From positions 242,797 to 306,796 of the forward strand of contig PFBI01000006.1 in NCBI GenBank assembly GCA_002773395.1: a stretch of DNA of 64,000 nucleotides. The letters run 5' to 3'. Under the pieces are notes generated by a model, which saw only the letters and a list, made by a program, of their open reading frames with translations, did no database searches and was not told the origin of the DNA. The DNA comes from Candidatus Kaiserbacteria bacterium CG10_big_fil_rev_8_21_14_0_10_47_16. Lineage in GTDB: Bacteria > Patescibacteriota > Minisyncoccia > Phycocordibacterales > UBA918. Of the stretch, positions 1 through 8,994 are shown piece by piece (the stretch's first letter is position 1; every line of letters begins with the position of its first letter). Position numbers and translations under genes: made by a program.

Positions 1-180
1 CCGTTCTGCGTACTCCAGTGTTGAAGTTGCCCCTTGAAACGCGCCACCGCCATCACGTATGACGAACCTGTCACTGTCTTCGAAATGGTACCCTTGCATA
101 TCAGCCTCATCGCATGGCCGGCGCTCTCTAACGTAGAAATGCTTAGCCAGTATTGCTTCCTGTTCGGGAGTTATCGACAT
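1..180 (-). CDS. Hypothetical protein, N-terminal part (runs off window)
   Basis: Hand translation: GGAGG SD then ATG at 180, open to the window edge (MSITPEQEAILAKHFYVRERRPC...). Confidence 0.55.
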   Translation of the reverse strand, partial: MSITPEQEAILAKHFYVRERRPCDEADMQGYHFEDSDRFVIRDGGGAFQGATSTLEYAER

Positions 181-281
181 GGTCGCCTCCTTCTGCCAAT
201 CTATCCTTGTTATAGACCTATATCGACATTATCGCAAGTCAGATTGTGAGACCACCACTTCTGCGTTATAGTCTTCTCATC

Positions 282-553
282 CCATCCGTAGCTCAGTTGG
301 TTAGAGCGCAAGGCTTACAATGAGCCGAGGGAAGTGAGTAGTGTCCGTGTGTAGCTCAGTTGGTTAGAGCGCAGAGCTTATACCTCTGTGGTCCTTGGTT
401 CGAATCCAAGCACACGGACACTGGGCATTTCCGAACGAGGCGAAACTGTATCGAAGATATACCTCTGTGGTCATTGGTTCGCACCACACGAGTATTTCCA
501 TTTTTATAGTCGCTCTGCGTCTTAAAAATTAGGTCAATCCAAGCGGCCGGACA
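282..553 (+). pseudogene. Degenerate tRNA-Ile copy split into three pieces (282-317, 458-481, 536-553) around the intact tRNA
   Basis: Pieces match the 5' half, the anticodon-to-T-loop segment (23/24 nt) and the 3' end (15/18 nt) of the tRNA at 345-418; acceptor stem only 5/7 paired. Confidence 0.75.
345..418 (+). tRNA. tRNA-Ile, anticodon UAU
   Basis: Full cloverleaf: acceptor CCGTGTG/CACACGG, D arm GCTC/GAGC, anticodon stem CAGAG/CTCTG with loop CT-TAT-AC, T arm CTTGG-TTCGAAT-CCAAG, discriminator A; CCA not encoded. Confidence 0.92.
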
Positions 554-558
554 AGTAT

Positions 559-585
559 ATTCTAGGTTAGTCTGACTAACCTAGA
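559..585. repeat. Palindromic repeat, copy 1 (ATTCTAGGTTAGTCTGACTAACCTAGA)
   Basis: 12-bp perfect arms around one central base; identical 27-mer at 19191-19217. Confidence 0.85.
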
Positions 586-687
586 TATTGAATTATGCAC
601 TTGCGTACTCTTCACAAGTATTGTGCACTGCTATACTAAACGCATCGAAGGTTTCTTCGTTATTAGTTTACTTTATCGTTCTTATTT

Positions 688-1107
688 ATGCGTCATAAAA
701 CCCTTCACGAAATTGCAAAGTTCTGTGCAGGTCTTGTTGCTGCAGATTTCATCATACTCGTATGGATGGCAAATGCAGGAATTCTACCAATCGAATTTCT
801 CGGTCGTATGTTTACCGTAGACATACTTCTCCCAGGACTTGTATTTGATGCGGCACTCTTTTTGATCCTCGTACACTACGGATGGAATATCGGAAAAATC
901 CCAGCGCTCCGTGAGCGTACATACCTCTTTATTGCAGGTATTGTGTTTGCAATCGTTGCGATTGCCCACCTTTTCCGTATTTTTGTTGGAGCTGACCTCA
1001 TTATTGGAGGTTGGGATGCCCCACTCTGGCTCTCATGGCTCGGCACTGCGGTGACCACGTACCTTGCGTACATGAGTCTCCGTCTTGCCCTTCGGATGAA
1101 GAAGTAA
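688..1107 (+). CDS. Small multi-pass membrane protein
   Basis: 139 aa, about 4 hydrophobic segments, followed by a terminator hairpin. Confidence 0.75.
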   Translation: MRHKTLHEIAKFCAGLVAADFIILVWMANAGILPIEFLGRMFTVDILLPGLVFDAALFLILVHYGWNIGKIPALRERTYLFIAGIVFAIVAIAHLFRIFVGADLIIGGWDAPLWLSWLGTAVTTYLAYMSLRLALRMKK

Positions 1108-1123
1108 GGACACGGACAGAATT

Positions 1124-1154
1124 CAAAAGGCCGGCGCAAAGCGCCGGCCTTTTG
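1124..1154. terminator. Bidirectional intrinsic terminator
   Basis: CAAAAGGCCGGCGC-AAA-GCGCCGGCCTTTTG. Confidence 0.75.
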
Positions 1155-1222
1155 TATTCTTTCCACATCATCCATTTCCTGCTACACTCTCGCCGAAACA
1201 GTTCACAAGGGAGTACATTGAA

Positions 1223-2125
1223 ATGCCCATAGAATCACCCATCAGCCTCGCGGCCGGCATGATCAAGTCTGCTTCGCATCTCCTCGATGCAAACAACCAC
1301 AACCTCCTCGGTCTCATGAACACCATTACGCTGGGTTCCTTTACCTTGGAACCACGAGAAGGCAACAAGGAACCTGTTTTTTGGTTCAATGAGGAAACAA
1401 ACGGCTCCATCAATGCCATTGGTCTCACAAATCCGGGTCTTCAACACTTTCTCGAGCGGGATTTGCGGATGCTCATGCATATCGTGGATCGGGGAGACCT
1501 TCTCCTTGGAGTCAGCCTTGCTCCGCTTGCAGCTGGACACCTGTCGATCATGTTCGACTGGATCCTCTCCTATCGAGGAACCGATAGGCTCTCACACATC
1601 GAGGTGAATGCCGCCTGTCCCAATCATCGAAACGAGAATGGACTCAGTCCCGTGCTCGCGTATGATGCTGAAGCCGTAGACCAACTCGTGAAAGAAATTC
1701 CTGAAGGGCCGGTGCGTAAATATACGTTCCTCAAGATCGCACCGGAAACACCGTACCGAACGCTCGAGGATATCGTGGACATCTGTCTCAAGGCAGGTCT
1801 TGGCGGTATCGTGAGCGGCAATACGCTTCGCGGTAGCTCGATCATCGACGGCGAGCAGCGTCTCAGCGTCGACATGGGCGGTTATGCAGGTCTCCCGCTT
1901 CTCCCGTCCGCCGTAACGCAGGCAGAACTGCTTCGTCAGTTCATCGATGATCGTGACGCTCGGGACCGACTGCAGCTCATCGGCTGCGGTGGAGTGATGA
2001 AGGCTGATGGTCTTCGTCAGTACTACGACAACGCCGCTGTTGCTGAAGTCCAGGTTGCTACACTCTTCTACCAATTCGGTACGCGGGGTGTGCAAGATCT
2101 TCTGACCGAACTTCACAATTCGTAG
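1223..2125 (+). CDS. pyrD: Dihydroorotate dehydrogenase, class 1-like (divergent)
   Basis: Motifs TLEPREGN, SINAIGLTNPG, EVNAACPN (catalytic Cys), SGNT, GGYAG, IGCGGV; adjacent to pyrC. Confidence 0.85.
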   Translation: MPIESPISLAAGMIKSASHLLDANNHNLLGLMNTITLGSFTLEPREGNKEPVFWFNEETNGSINAIGLTNPGLQHFLERDLRMLMHIVDRGDLLLGVSLAPLAAGHLSIMFDWILSYRGTDRLSHIEVNAACPNHRNENGLSPVLAYDAEAVDQLVKEIPEGPVRKYTFLKIAPETPYRTLEDIVDICLKAGLGGIVSGNTLRGSSIIDGEQRLSVDMGGYAGLPLLPSAVTQAELLRQFIDDRDARDRLQLIGCGGVMKADGLRQYYDNAAVAEVQVATLFYQFGTRGVQDLLTELHNS

Positions 2126-2251
2126 CAAGCGATGGAGGCGGGCTCACGCCCGCCTCCATCAACCCCTTCCTTTGGACGGGGTTTTTTGTTACTGTGCAGG
2201 CGGAACGTCATTCGACAACAACCCATTCTGGGATTGGAAAGGAAAGTTCTC

Positions 2252-3328
2252 ATGGATACGATGAAAATCCTGAAGCCATTCGATGCTCATGTGCATCTAC
2301 GTGATGGTGAACTCTTGCGAGCCGTCGTTCCTTTTACGGCGCGGCAGTGTTGGGGCGCTATCGCAGAACCGAACCTCAAGCCACCGATCACCACACGTGC
2401 GCAGGCACGTTCATACGCTGATCGAATTACCGCTGCGGCCGGTCCTGATTTCGTACCGTTCGTGCTCGCCTACTTCACTGACACCCTCGACCCACAGGAG
2501 TTCGTCGACGGACTCACCGAAGGTGATTTTTTTGGAGTGAAGTTTTATCCGAGAGGAGCAACGACCAATTCCGAGAACGGCATCGAGGATGTCAGTTTGC
2601 TCTGGACTCGCGGCACCCGGCAGTTCGACATTATCGAAGCGACAAAAACAACAAGGGGTGTCGTGCAACTTCATGGTGAAGCAAACTTTACCAAAGGAGG
2701 TGAAGAGCTTGACCCCTATGATAAGGAGACGTATTTCTACACAGAGATCATGCCCCGCCTCCAGGATGCCCATCCTCAGGTGAAGTTCTCAGGCGAACAT
2801 ATCACCACCTCTGAAGCGGCAGCCTATGCTCGAAAGAATGGTGGCGAATATTTTGGGGTAAGTGTCACCGCACATCATCTTCTCATCGACCGGCGGGATG
2901 TGTACCGCGGTGGATATCACCCCCACTCGTTCTGTCTCCCTGTCGTAAAGCGGGTACGGCACACCGAAGCGCTTCATGAGCTACTTTACGGCGATCATTC
3001 TTTCGTGTGGGCAGGAAGCGATTCTGCTCCACACGATTGGAAGAACAAAGAGAGCGAATGCTGCTCGGGCGGCGTCTTTTCCGCTCCGGCGATGGTGGAG
3101 CTTTACGCACAAGCTGCAGAAAATATCGGATTGCAGAAGTTGGCATTAGAACGTTTCCTTTCAAGAAACGCCCCAGCGTTCTACACGCTTACACCACCAC
3201 AGGAATACATCACTCTCGAAAAAACCCTATGGGACTTTTTGGGTCACATCGAGTATGGGGACAGCCCCACCGATTATGTGCGCTACTGGGATTATCCTGA
3301 GCTCAAGTGGCGCATGAAGTACGACTAA
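2252..3328 (+). CDS. pyrC: Dihydroorotase (E. coli-type)
   Basis: DAHVHLRDG, KFYPRGATTNS, EHITT, HHL, FCLPVVKR, GSDSAPH; start chosen at the ATG after AAAGGA. Confidence 0.9.
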   Translation: MDTMKILKPFDAHVHLRDGELLRAVVPFTARQCWGAIAEPNLKPPITTRAQARSYADRITAAAGPDFVPFVLAYFTDTLDPQEFVDGLTEGDFFGVKFYPRGATTNSENGIEDVSLLWTRGTRQFDIIEATKTTRGVVQLHGEANFTKGGEELDPYDKETYFYTEIMPRLQDAHPQVKFSGEHITTSEAAAYARKNGGEYFGVSVTAHHLLIDRRDVYRGGYHPHSFCLPVVKRVRHTEALHELLYGDHSFVWAGSDSAPHDWKNKESECCSGGVFSAPAMVELYAQAAENIGLQKLALERFLSRNAPAFYTLTPPQEYITLEKTLWDFLGHIEYGDSPTDYVRYWDYPELKWRMKYD

Positions 3329-3405
3329 ACTTTGACATGTAACCAACATGCAAAAACCCCCGGCACGGAAACGTGTCGGGGATTTTTCTTTTTCTATTTT
3401 ATTTC

Positions 3406-5451
3406 CTACTTCCCACCTTCCTTCATGTGATCTGCGTCGAACTCAATCGCTTTTGTTGGGTCGCCGATTCTCTCTTCCTCAAGACGCATATCGCGGTACA
3501 CATCATTGATTGGTACACCTTCTTGTTTCAAGATTGCTTCGTACTCTTCGCGTTCAAGTGTCTCTACCTCCACAAGCTTCTTTGCAATAGCATCGAGCGC
3601 ACTGCGGTACTTCGTGAGAATATCTCGCGCTGTTTGTTTTCCGTTTTCAATAAGGAGAGAAACCTCTTCATCAATAGCTCGTGCAACTTCAGGCGAGTAT
3701 CCACGGTCATCTCCATGACCACCTCCAATAAGACTTCCCCTGCTTCCTTCAAGAGCGACCGGGCCAAGCTTCTCACTCATGCCGTACTTTGTCACCATGT
3801 CGCGTGCAAGATTCGCAATCACTTGAAGGTCGTTTGATGGGCCAGTCGTAAGATCGTCAAAAATCATTTGTTCGGTGACGTATCCGCCAAGCGTCATTGC
3901 AATGTCATCGATAAATTCTTTCTTCGAGTGCATGCGGCGATCTTCATCAGGAAGTTTGAGCGTATAGCCAGCTGCACGTCCGCGAGAAATGATCGAAATC
4001 TTCTGTACAGGATCCGCGTATGGAAGGACCGACGCAACGAGTGCGTGCCCTGCTTCATGGTACGCCGTAACCTCGCGCTCGCGCTTTGAGAGTACATGAC
4101 TCTTTCGTTCTGGGCCGAGCATTACCTTTTCAATAGAGCGGATCATATCGAACTGCGCAACTTTCTTCCGCGCTTCACGTGCTGCAAGGATAGCTGCCTC
4201 GTTCATCAGTGAGTAGAGATCTGCTCCAGAGAATCCCGGAGTTCGCTGTGCAATGACTTCAAGATTCACATCTTCTGCAAGCGGCTTCTTACGCGCATGA
4301 ATAGCGAGAATCTCTTTACGATCATCACGATCGGGAAGATCAATCGTCACCCGACGATCGAATCGTCCGGGACGAAGGAGTGCTGGGTCGAGTACGTCAG
4401 GTCGGTTCGTCGCTGCCATCACAATCACCTTCTGCGTTGGTTCAAAGCCGTCCATCTCAACGAGAATCTGGTTGAGTGTTTGTTCTCGCTCATCGTTTCC
4501 ACCGCCGACGCCGGTGCCGCGCACGCGCCCGACAGCGTCGATTTCGTCCACGAAGATAATCGCGGGCGCGGCCTTCTTCGCCATCTGGAAGAGATCACGC
4601 ACACGACTTGCTCCAACGCCGACAAACATTTCTACGAATTCAGAACCAGAGATTGAGAAAAACGGTACACCCGCTTCACCTGCAACCGCGCGTGCGAGCA
4701 GTGTCTTTCCTGTTCCCGGTGCTCCCATCATCATCACCCCTTTTGGAATCTCTGCGCCAATATCAAGAAACTTCTTCGGATTGCGAAGGAAGTCTACAAT
4801 TTCTTCGAGTTCTTGCTTCGCTTCCTTTGCTCCTGCAACATCTTTGAATGTTACTTTCTGCGTAGCGTCATTTGGATCAATCACCCGAGCTTTCGATGAA
4901 CCGAAGTTGAGTGCCTGCATACCTGCTCCCTTCACTGAACGTGAGAAGAAATACACAATGAATCCGAGGAGGAGGAGTGGGAAAAGAAACGGTGCAAGAT
5001 TGCCAAGCCAGTATGCAAAGCCAGTTTGGTTTTGAACATCAATAGTGACGCCGCTTATTTGATCAGTACTTACCCCAAGGTTCGCAAGGGTTTCTGTGAT
5101 AGATGCATCAGTCTCTTTCTTCGCTTCACCTGCTGTGCGTGTCACATCAGTGTATGAAACCTCGAGCGTATCACCACGTACAATAATCTCTTTAATCTCT
5201 CCTGCTTTCACCTGCGTTGCAATCTCAGAGATTGAAAGCTGATCTGGTTTCGCCTGACGCTCTACAAGATATGAGTAGACAAACGTAAGGAGGATGAGGA
5301 GAAATACCGTTGAAAGTATATTGTTCCAAAAATTCCCCGGACCAGGGCCAACAGGCATTTTCCGTATGACATCCTTGCCATGTACCCCCCGTTCTGGCTT
5401 ATTCTTCTTCGTTTCTTCTTTTTTCGGTGTTTCTTTTTCCTGTGTATCCAT
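3406..5451 (-). CDS. ftsH: ATP-dependent zinc metalloprotease FtsH
   Basis: Two TM segments, Walker [25 protein letters not shown] zinc motif. Confidence 0.97.
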   Translation of the reverse strand: MDTQEKETPKKEETKKNKPERGVHGKDVIRKMPVGPGPGNFWNNILSTVFLLILLTFVYSYLVERQAKPDQLSISEIATQVKAGEIKEIIVRGDTLEVSYTDVTRTAGEAKKETDASITETLANLGVSTDQISGVTIDVQNQTGFAYWLGNLAPFLFPLLLLGFIVYFFSRSVKGAGMQALNFGSSKARVIDPNDATQKVTFKDVAGAKEAKQELEEIVDFLRNPKKFLDIGAEIPKGVMMMGAPGTGKTLLARAVAGEAGVPFFSISGSEFVEMFVGVGASRVRDLFQMAKKAAPAIIFVDEIDAVGRVRGTGVGGGNDEREQTLNQILVEMDGFEPTQKVIVMAATNRPDVLDPALLRPGRFDRRVTIDLPDRDDRKEILAIHARKKPLAEDVNLEVIAQRTPGFSGADLYSLMNEAAILAAREARKKVAQFDMIRSIEKVMLGPERKSHVLSKREREVTAYHEAGHALVASVLPYADPVQKISIISRGRAAGYTLKLPDEDRRMHSKKEFIDDIAMTLGGYVTEQMIFDDLTTGPSNDLQVIANLARDMVTKYGMSEKLGPVALEGSRGSLIGGGHGDDRGYSPEVARAIDEEVSLLIENGKQTARDILTKYRSALDAIAKKLVEVETLEREEYEAILKQEGVPINDVYRDMRLEEERIGDPTKAIEFDADHMKEGGK

Positions 5452-5511
5452 AATGCGACTCATTATACAAAAAGACACCACAAAAGCGAGTTATTTGCTA
5501 TAGTAGATCGC

Positions 5512-5961
5512 ATGAAGCCATACATTTCACACAAACGCGTCACGTTTGATTTTGATATCCTCGACACCTTCGAGGCGGGTATTTCCCTATTGGGTACTGA
5601 GGTGAAGTCAGTGCGGAATGGCCAAGGCAAACTCGAAGGCGCGCACGTGGTCATTCGTGGCGGTGAAGCCTTCCTCGTAGGTGCATCTATCCCCCCATTT
5701 CAGAAGGCAAACGCTCCAAAAACCTACGATCCAGAACGAACCCGCACACTCCTCCTCTCTCAAAAAGAGCTTGCGCGCCTCGGTACCGAGGGCGAAAAGG
5801 CTGGCTTGACAATAGTGCCAATTAAGTTGTATAATAAAAACAACAAATTGAAGCTTGAAATCGCTATCGCGCGTGGAAAGAAGAAGTACGACAAGCGCGA
5901 ATCCATAAAGGCTCGTGACACGAAGCGCGACATTGATCGCGAGATCAAGCGCGCAGTGTAG
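5512..5961 (+). CDS. smpB: SsrA-binding protein
   Basis: EAGISLLGTEVKSVR, ARGKKKYDKRESIK; directly upstream of tmRNA. Confidence 0.97.
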   Translation: MKPYISHKRVTFDFDILDTFEAGISLLGTEVKSVRNGQGKLEGAHVVIRGGEAFLVGASIPPFQKANAPKTYDPERTRTLLLSQKELARLGTEGEKAGLTIVPIKLYNKNNKLKLEIAIARGKKKYDKRESIKARDTKRDIDREIKRAV

Positions 5962-6020
5962 TCTGCCCTCCGCTCAAAGCCTACGTGGTGAGTTCTGAAA
6001 ACTCGCCCCGCGAGTTTTCA

Positions 6021-6418
6021 GGGGATGACAGGCATCGACGGTTAGTCCCGGTAGTATGTGCAGTGTCGAAGCTGATCGTAACTTCGTTAAAATGCGATCA
6101 TTCGTACGTGCTAAGAATAGCGTACCAAGTCCTTACGCGAACGCGTTTGGATTCGCATTTGCTCGAGCGTAAGTAATTACTGCTCGCTCATGCGACATCA
6201 CCCTTTCTGGTATCCGATACAGATTTGGTGGTGAAATAAAAATCGGACTCGAACACGTTACCCCGTTTCCATAATGTGTTTTAAATTCTAAGGAGACTCG
6301 GGGATGTATGATTTTGTGTGTCTTACACATACATCACTTAAATCAAAGGACACTCTACGCACTGTAGAGTCATGCTAACGACCTAGCTCGGACCCGGGTT
6401 CAACTCCCGGCATCTCCA
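6021..6418 (+). ncRNA. ssrA: tmRNA
   Basis: 5' GGGGATG pairs with 3' CATCTCC-A including the G3:U alanine determinant; T arm CCGGG-TTCAACT-CCCGG; probable tag frame 6110-6172 (AKNSVPSPYANAFGFAFARA*). Confidence 0.93.
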
Positions 6419-7457
6419 CATATGAAAATGCTCCCGTCAGGGAGTTTTTTCATATGTGGAGACGTAGAAAAGCACCTGCGTGCTTTTCGTCGGGAGTTGA
6501 ACGGCGGAACATGTTGCAACGCAACGGCGAGCCGCGACCAGCGTTCTTAACGAGCGAATGCGAGTTTAGAAAAAGCGGGTCACGACGGCATCTCCACAGA
6601 ATATGGAAATATATAGAACAATATGGAAGTTTGCTCAGACTGAGTAAGCTTCTTTATTTTGGTATACTCAATTGATGAATAAGGAAACTGCTCTAAATCT
6701 GATCTGGGAATACATGCACTTAAATCACCGACTTGAGAAAGCTGACGCTATTTTGGTGTTGGGAAATCGTGATACAAGAGTTGGTGAATATGCTGCCAAA
6801 CTCTGGCTGGATGGCTGGGCGCCTTACCTTATCTGTGCTGGCTCTGGTGATATCCATAATAATAAACCGGGCAGAGAAAAGTTTAAGGGAACCACTGAAG
6901 CCGAAGTGTTCGCACAGCTAGCAATGGAAATGGGTGTTCCAGAGGAATATATTATTGTAGAAAATAAATCACAAAACACAGGTCAAAATTACGAATTCTC
7001 AATTGAGCTACTCCAGAAGAAAGGTATCGAAGCAAAAAAACTGATTGCTGTTCAAAAACCGTACATGGAGCGCAGGACATATGCGACAGGAAAAGTTTGG
7101 CTACCAGAAGTGGACTTGATAGTGACATCGCCACCCATCTCTATAGAGGATTATCCAAACAAATCAAACAGTGTTGGTGAGCATTGGATTCACGCTCTTG
7201 TTGGAGACCTGCAACGAATAAAAGAATATCCTGCGAAGGGTTTTCAAGTTGAACAAGAGATTCCTGAAGAAGTGTGGGGAGCATATGAGTATCTAGTTGA
7301 ACAAGGCTATACAAATCGTTTGATTAAAGATTAGTTAGAGTCACCACAAATCAACCACCTTTAAAAAGTTAGAACACTCCATCTCAATCAAAGAGGTTCT
7401 AACTTGATACAAAGATCTCCACATATGAAAATGCTCCCGTCAGGGAGTTTTTTCATA
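6412..7457 (+). mobile_element. About 1-kb islet at the tmRNA 3' end bounded by 43-bp perfect direct repeats (6412-6454, 7415-7457)
   Basis: Identical ATCTCCACATATGAAAATGCTCCCGTCAGGGAGTTTTTTCATA at both ends; no integrase inside. Confidence 0.7.
6675..7334 (+). CDS. YdcF/DUF218 (ElyC/SanA-like) family protein
   Basis: ADAILVLG, TEAEVF, ENKSQNTGQN, VQKPYMERR, DLQRIKEYP motifs. Confidence 0.85.
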   Translation: MNKETALNLIWEYMHLNHRLEKADAILVLGNRDTRVGEYAAKLWLDGWAPYLICAGSGDIHNNKPGREKFKGTTEAEVFAQLAMEMGVPEEYIIVENKSQNTGQNYEFSIELLQKKGIEAKKLIAVQKPYMERRTYATGKVWLPEVDLIVTSPPISIEDYPNKSNSVGEHWIHALVGDLQRIKEYPAKGFQVEQEIPEEVWGAYEYLVEQGYTNRLIKD

Positions 7458-7534
7458 AATACACCCTGCTTTTCAACGCTACACGTAGAGAGATACTCCA
7501 AATAGTATATAATGCAAAACTAAATACCATATAT

Positions 7535-7930
7535 ATGCATCAAGGAAATTGGAAATGTAGTTCATGCGGAGGAGCGATAACAGAACTCCCGTTTCAGCCA
7601 CGCAGTGAATCGGGACTTACCTGTCGCGCGTGTTATAGCAAACAAAAAGGCGGCGGGAGCGGAGCGGCTCCCGAAGCATCCGGGATACCAGAAACGCCCG
7701 GAGCACCTGAAGTACTCGACATACCCGATCATGCTGAATTAGCAGGAGAACCTGCACCTGCTCCTGAAGATGACTTTGACGGGGCCGTTCCGGCGACGAA
7801 TGAACGTCCTAAATTTGAAGGTAACTGGACCTGCGCTGGATGCGGAGGAGCAATCACCTCACTACCTTTCACTCCACGTGATACGAGCAATCTAAAATGT
7901 CTTGATTGTTTCAAAAGCAGTAAGCGATAA
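7535..7930 (+). CDS. Protein with two CxxC-x17/18-CxxC zinc-ribbon domains
   Basis: GNWKCSSCG..ITELPF.P....CRAC repeated at both termini with an acidic Pro-rich linker. Confidence 0.85.
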   Translation: MHQGNWKCSSCGGAITELPFQPRSESGLTCRACYSKQKGGGSGAAPEASGIPETPGAPEVLDIPDHAELAGEPAPAPEDDFDGAVPATNERPKFEGNWTCAGCGGAITSLPFTPRDTSNLKCLDCFKSSKR

Positions 7931-7989
7931 TTACTACCTACTCACACACATGAAAAAACTCCCGTACGGGAGTTTTTTCATGTGTCTTG

Positions 7990-8400
7990 TTATGTAATTG
8001 TCTGAGGTGCAATAAGTAATTTCAATGTTTCTCGATTCTTCCAGATCAGATACAGGTTGAGCAGTAACATGAGGTCAGCGAGGACGGCGCCTGCTGTGAA
8101 TAATCCCCCATCAAGCACGAGGTGGAACGCGACAATGTTGAACACAATAGGTAGTTCGAGTAAGGCAGCGAGAGCTTCTCGCTTCGTCCAAAGCGCTATC
8201 AAAGCAATAATGTGAACCGCGGCCATCATATAGCTAATGTACACAGCAAGGCCATCAATCAATTGGATAAATGCAAATGCTTCATCAGTGTTATAAAGGT
8301 CACGCGTTGCTTCACCAAGTAATCCTGTTGCGCCGACAACTGGTAAGAGGATAACGAGCGAAAAGAGAACTTTGGCCACAATATGTAGATATTTTTTCAT
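7990..8400 (-). CDS. DoxX-like membrane protein
   Basis: 4 hydrophobic helices, LPIVFNIVAFHL motif. Confidence 0.65.
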   Translation of the reverse strand: MKKYLHIVAKVLFSLVILLPVVGATGLLGEATRDLYNTDEAFAFIQLIDGLAVYISYMMAAVHIIALIALWTKREALAALLELPIVFNIVAFHLVLDGGLFTAGAVLADLMLLLNLYLIWKNRETLKLLIAPQTIT

Positions 8401-8476
8401 ATACCAAAATCTTATCATAAATCAACAAACCCCTGCGGCCAAGGCCGCAGGGGTTTGTTGATTCTCTTTCAACCGA

Positions 8477-8851
8477 CTAATTACTCGAGTAGCAACCGGC
8501 CAATTTCACCCCCTCGGTGAAGGATGGCGTTGCACCGTCTGTAATCTCTTGTATACGCGCACTTCCAACAGCGGTTTCTGCACACACCATCATTTCTTGT
8601 GTGACCGTTATTGAATCTGCATCAATACCAAGTGATGTGAGGAGCTTTCGCTGCCCATCAGTGAGCATGGACGCATCGATGGTTGTACCACTGGTACTCC
8701 CTGTATCATCTGTTGTTGTCCCGGTTTCAAGCTGTGAACCCGTACTCGATGATCCACTATAGAACGTTGCGGTCGTACGCCCCATCCAGAACCCGAGTGC
8801 AAACAGTGCAATGCCTAAAAAGATCAAAAGTATTATATGTGTTGTTTTCAT
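8477..8851 (-). CDS. Hypothetical membrane-anchored/secreted protein
   Basis: N-terminal TM, Ser/Thr linker, C-terminal domain with 2 Cys. Confidence 0.7.
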   Translation of the reverse strand: MKTTHIILLIFLGIALFALGFWMGRTTATFYSGSSSTGSQLETGTTTDDTGSTSGTTIDASMLTDGQRKLLTSLGIDADSITVTQEMMVCAETAVGSARIQEITDGATPSFTEGVKLAGCYSSN

Positions 8852-8994
8852 AACATCCTCAGTATACTCCTCTTTTGACTCGTGCGTTATGGCTGTGTTT
8901 CTTTTTTGCTCTGCCTTTATATACAAAAAACACTCCCGGATTGGGAGCGGTGTGGGCTTTTGGACGACGCGCACGTGCGCGTCGTCCAACAAAC

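Noticed and set aside
318-459. Group I intron in the tRNA anticodon loop
   Set aside because: Only about 65 nt remain once the nested tRNA is removed. I could not find P7-type core elements, no splice register restores a 7-nt loop with a terminal G, and the outer tRNA stems are mismatched.
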